From the NCBI GenBank assembly GCA_043228905.1, contig JBHGNT010000288.1, forward strand, positions 1 to 39,252: 39,252 bases of DNA, read 5' to 3'. A program made the position numbers and the translations under genes. A model generated the notes under the pieces. That model saw nothing but the letters and a program-made list of their open reading frames with translations. It was not told where the DNA came from and searched no databases. Source of the DNA: Azolla caroliniana. Lineage: Eukaryota; Plantae; Polypodiophyta. Positions 34,572 to 39,252 of the stretch are shown here, one piece after another (the stretch's first letter is position 1; every line of letters begins with the position of its first letter).

Positions 34572-37500
34572 ATGGACGATTCATTGGGAGGCATGTTCAA
34601 GCTCACCGGCTCCAACTATTCGGTATGGAAGTCGAAGATGAGGAACATGCTCGTGGTTAAAGATCTTTGGCTACCGGTTCAGTTCGGGGACAAGAGACCA
34701 GACAAAATCGACGCCACGAAATGGGAGGTGATGCACATGAAGACAACGACGTACATACGGTGCTTCATCAACATGAGCTTATACAACAACTTCAATGAAG
34801 AGAGCAAGGCTCATGAGCTCTAGGAGAAGATCGGCATTATGTTTCAAAACAAAAATGTTGTTAATCAAGTTTCGGTATTCCGGAAGCTAGTAAGACTCCG
34901 GTACCAAGATGGCTCCAGCATGGCGGAGCACATGAATGCCTTCCAGGCACTAATACACCAGGCAACGTCATTGGAAGTACCTCTCGCCGATGAGGTACTA
35001 GCACTATTCCTGCTCGGTTCCCTCCCGGATAGTTGGGAGACGTTGGTTGTCACTTTGGGCAACGTCGGGCTGGAAGGAAAGCGGTTATCCCTAGCAAGAG
35101 TAAAGTAGAGCTTGCTAGATGAGGAGGCGCGTCGGAAAGATAAAGATACGAGATCCAACTCCAAAGCGCTCCTTACCGAATCGGAACGCGGAAGACATAG
35201 AAACCGTAGTCCCCAGAATCGGGAGAAGTCGGGGACACGGTCAAAGTCAAGGGGGAGGCCTACTTGCTTCTATTGCGGCAAGCTGGGACACTTCCAAAAG
35301 AACTGTCGGCATTTCCGAAAAGACAAGGAAACCGACGGTACCGATTCGAAGCGGACCCCAGACCGGAACGGTAAAGACCGGAGGGGGCCGGACCGGAAGG
35401 GAACGACGGCAATCGCGGCAAGTGAAGAAGAGTTGATGCTCATCACCGAGGAGAGTGAGATAAACCTTGCCGGCGACGAGATGACCTGGGTGGTCAACTC
35501 CGAAGCGTCGTTCCACCTTACCCCGGACCGGAAATGCTTCTCATCCTACTCAGTCGCTGATCACGGCTGTGTCCGGATGGGGAATGAAGGAACATGCCGA
35601 ATTGTCGACATAGGAGACGTGTGGCTGACAACACCAACCGGATGCAAGTTGCTGCTGAAGGATGTCTGACACGTTCCGGAGGTTCGTCTAAACCTGATAT
35701 CAGCCGGTCGGCTAGATGATGAAGGTTACACAGGTAGCATCCGGAACGGCGTTATAAAGTTCAGCAAGGGGAGCCTGATTGTGGTTCTCGCCCGGAAGGT
35801 AAACACGTTGTACCTCATGAATGCCCGGTTATGTCCGAAGGAAGTGAACGTGGCATCCGACATTGCCGGTGAGCTGTGGCACAAAAGGCTGTGTCACATG
35901 AGCGAGAAGGGGATGAAGAGGCTTGCAGACGACAACCTCATTCCTGTGAAGAACGTGCACTTGGAGAAGTGCACTGATTGTCTGGCCGGTAAGCAAAACC
36001 GGACCTCCTTCCGATGATGGCCACCGATGAGACGTAATGCGCCACCGGAGTTGGTGCATACGGATGTATGTCAAGTGGACACGAAGTCACATGCAGGATC
36101 GTAGTACTTTGTGACGTTCATGGATGACCGCTGCCGGAAGCTGTGGGCCACACCGTTGAAGATGAAGGATCAGGTGCTATCTGTCTTCAAAGAGCTCCAC
36201 GCGAGAGTGGAAAGAGAAACCGGCCGGAAGCTGAAGGCGGTTCGAGCGGATAACGGAGGAGAATACCGGGGGCAGTTCGAGGAGTACTGCCGCTCGAAAG
36301 GAATCCGGCTCGAATTTACTGTGCCGAAGACGCCGGAACTAAACGGGCTCGCCGAGAGGATGAACCAGACCATAATGGAGAGGGTCCGGAGTATGCTTGC
36401 GCATGCAAAACTACCCAAGAAGTTTTGGGCTGAGGCATTGTCGACGGCGACATATGTGATAAATAGATCACCCTCAATACCCTTGGACGAAGACACGCCA
36501 CACAAAGTGTGGACCGGTAAGGAAGTATCCTACCAGCATCTAAAGGTGTTCGGGTGTCTTGCGTACGTGCATGTGGCTAAGGACCGGAGAGGAAAGTTAG
36601 ATCCAAAGACCCGGCCATGCATATTCCTCGGCTACGACAACGATGAGTTCGGCTACCGAGTGTGGGACCTGGTCGACAAGAAGGTATTCCAGAGTCGAGA
36701 TATTATCTTTATGGAGGACAAGACGCTCGCCGACTGGGAGTCGGAGAAGAAGCTAATGAACTCTGAGTCGACCGGTGAGGATCGATTCTACGATGAACAG
36801 ACCCAACCAACAAGAGACCGGTTAGCACTCGAGGAACCAGCCGGTTACGGTGAGGATACCGGACCGACAGAAGAAGAAGTAGAGGAAGCTGAAACCGGAA
36901 CCGGCCAAGACCCCGAATCGGATGAGGATGAGGAGCAAATGGGGGAGCCGGTTACCGAAGCCCAAAGACGGAGATATCCTCTTAGAGACAGAAGGGCCCC
37001 CCGGAGATTTCCGGATGCAGAGCATGTGCTGTTAACCGATGAGGGGGAGCCAGAAAGCTTCGAAGAAGCGAAGGATGACACCCACAGCCGAAAATGGTTA
37101 AGTGCCATGCAGGACGAGATGGATTCCCTGCATGAGAACCATACGTAAGAATTGGTGGAGTTGCCGAAAGGAAAGCGGGCACTCCGAAATATGTGGGTAT
37201 ACAAGTTGAAACCGGGAGATGCCGGCAACCCTCCGAGATACAAACCCAGGATCGTGGTAAAGGAGTTCCAGCAAAAGAAGGGCGTGGACTTCGACGAGAT
37301 ATTTGCCCCGGTAGTAAAGATGACCTCCATCCGGACGGTGCTGAGTATAGCGGCGAGCATGGACCTCGAGGTAGAGCAACTGGACGTGAAGACGGCATTC
37401 TTTCACGGCGACCTCGAAGAGGAGATCTACATGTAGCAACTAGAAGGATTCGTGGAGAAAGTGAAGGAGCACCTGGTATGCCGGTTGAAGAAGAGCCTGT

Positions 37501-38618
37501 ACGGATTGAAGCAGGCTCCCCGACAATGGTACCGGAAGTTTGACTCCTTCATGACCGATCAAGGGTATCACAAGACGTAGGCCGATCACTGCATCTTTGT
37601 GAAGAAGTTTGAAGGAGGCGACTTCCTGATACTCCTTCTGTACGTGGATGAGATGTTGATCGTCGGACGGGACCAAGTCAAAATACGGATGCTGAAGAAG
37701 GCTCTCAACCGGACCTTCTCAATGAAAGACTTGGGTCCGGCAAGACAGATGCTGGGGATGCATATTATCCGGAACCGGTCAGTGAAGCAATTATGGATGT
37801 CACAGGAGAAGTACGTGCCAAAGGTGCTTCACCGGTTCAACATGTCAGATGCGAAACCGGTCGGATCGACACTTCCGGCAAACTGTAGGTTATCTGGTAA
37901 GCAAAGCCCGAAGACGAAAGCAGAGAAGGCGGATATGATGAAGATTCCATATGCCTCTGCCGTCGGGAGCTTAATGTACGCAATGGTTTGTACCCGACCG
38001 GATATGGGATACGCAGTCGGAGTGGTGAGCTGGTTTATGAGCAATCCCGGCAAGGAGCACTGGAACGCGGTCAAATGGATACTCCGGTATTTGAAGGGCA
38101 CTTCAAATATGTGTCTTCGATTCGGCTCCGGAAAACCTCAACTTGACGGTTTCACCGATTCGGACATGTCGGCTGATGTGGATACCAGCTGGTCCACATC
38201 CGGGTATGCAATGACCTATGCAGGGGGAGCTGTTTCGTGGCAGTCGAGGCTGCAGAAGACGGTTGCATTGTCAACCACGGAGGCGGAGTACATGGCGGCT
38301 GTGGAAGCCGGCAAGGAAATATTATGGATGAAGGACTTCATCGGAGAGCTCGGTATTCGACAAAATGAATATCGGCTCTATTGCGACAGTCAAAGTGTCA
38401 TCCACCTTGCTAAGAATGCGGCCTACCATTCCCGGACGAAGCATATTGAGCGAAGGTATCACTGCATCCGGGAAAGAGTAGATGACCAGGAGTTCACACT
38501 GACGAAGATCCACACGGCCGAGAACAGGTCAGATATGCTGACCAAAGTGTTGATACCCGACAAGCTAGATGCATGTCGAAAGAGGATCGGACTAGTAAGA
38601 CACCCCATGCCGGAGTGA
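34572..38618 (+). pseudogene. Copia gag-pol of element B with several stop codons
   Basis: MDDSLGGMFKLTGSNY, CFYCGKLGHFQKNC, LWHKRLCH, RADNGGEY, YVDE (altered YVDD), ALSTTEAEY; split into many ORFs. Confidence 0.94.
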
Positions 38619-38628
38619 AGGAGGAGTT

Positions 38629-39252
38629 TGTTGGGAGACAGGTCCCTTCGGATGGGAAGGGAGAAGAACAGTGCTGAAACCGGATGACGAGTACCTGGCT
38701 ACGGAGAGCCGGATGGTACAGACCCGGTGAAGACCGGATGATGAGTACTTGGCTACGGAGAGCCGGATGGTACAGACCCCGTGAAGACCGGATGACGAGT
38801 ACCCGGCTACGGAGAGTCGGATGGTACAGACTCGGTGAAGACCTGATGACGAGTACCTGGCTACGGAGAGCCGGATGGTACAGACCCGGTGAGAACCGGA
38901 TGAGGAGTACCCGGCTACGGAGAGCCGGATGGTGCAGACCCGGTGAGAAGTGCTCACCGGATGAAGAGACATATTCGTAAATATGTTTCTGAGAGTCCAT
39001 CATGGCTATATTTGTAAATAGCCGAAAAGTCATATTAGTATAAATATGACTTAGGGCAAACTTTTAATTGTTGTTGTCATTCTTGTTGGTGCAAGGATAG
39101 AAAGAGCGCGTAATTGTGTACAGAGAGTGAGAGAGAGAAAGAGGTCGTTGCCTCTGTTGTAACCGCCGCTTGTGGCGAAGATCGTGAGCACGAGGTCGTT
39201 GCCTCCGTGAACTCACGGTTGTACATTCTAACATAGTGATAGTTTGCAGCTT
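38629..39252 (+). repeat. 3' LTR of element B (partial), with 54-bp repeat x5 at 38680..38949
   Basis: Homologous to the 5' LTR; units start at 38680, 38734, 38788, 38842 and 38896. Confidence 0.95.

Larger units (their letters stand above)
33650..39252 (+). mobile_element. Tnt1/Tork-like Copia retrotransposon (element B), older and defective; 3' LTR runs off the window
   Basis: 5' LTR 33650..34542, PBS TGGTATCAGAGC 34545..34556, gag ATG 34572, pol end 38618, PPT GAAGGAGGAG, 3' LTR from 38629. Confidence 0.96.

Overview
Land-plant nuclear DNA, mostly nested and decayed retroelements, with one intact host gene. That gene is a single-exon LRR receptor-like protein (9001..11118, +) with a PSKR/PSY1R-type ectodomain and no kinase. 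Mobile DNA comprises: at least seven Ty1/Copia elements or fragments, one a very young full-length Tnt1/Tork-like copy (25236..30571, -; 611-bp LTRs differing at 1 site; TSD TTTGT); Ty3/Gypsy-type remnants and LTRs; a split LINE with RTE-X-like motifs; and a MULE-TIR-like repeat beside a captured R2R3-MYB (MYB44-like) fragment. The strongest oddities are four. (1) Neighbouring Copia families appear to have swapped gag capsids while sharing a closely related pol. (2) A hidden ~476-codon coiled-coil ORF has part of its coding sequence copied into the adjacent LTR, where that copy carries the TATA box. (3) Two LTRs have a tRNA-Arg PBS-like motif on the side opposite to their TATA polarity. (4) The RLP 3' flank is duplicated 9.4 kb downstream without the gene. 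All alignments and translations were done by eye; no database searches were run.
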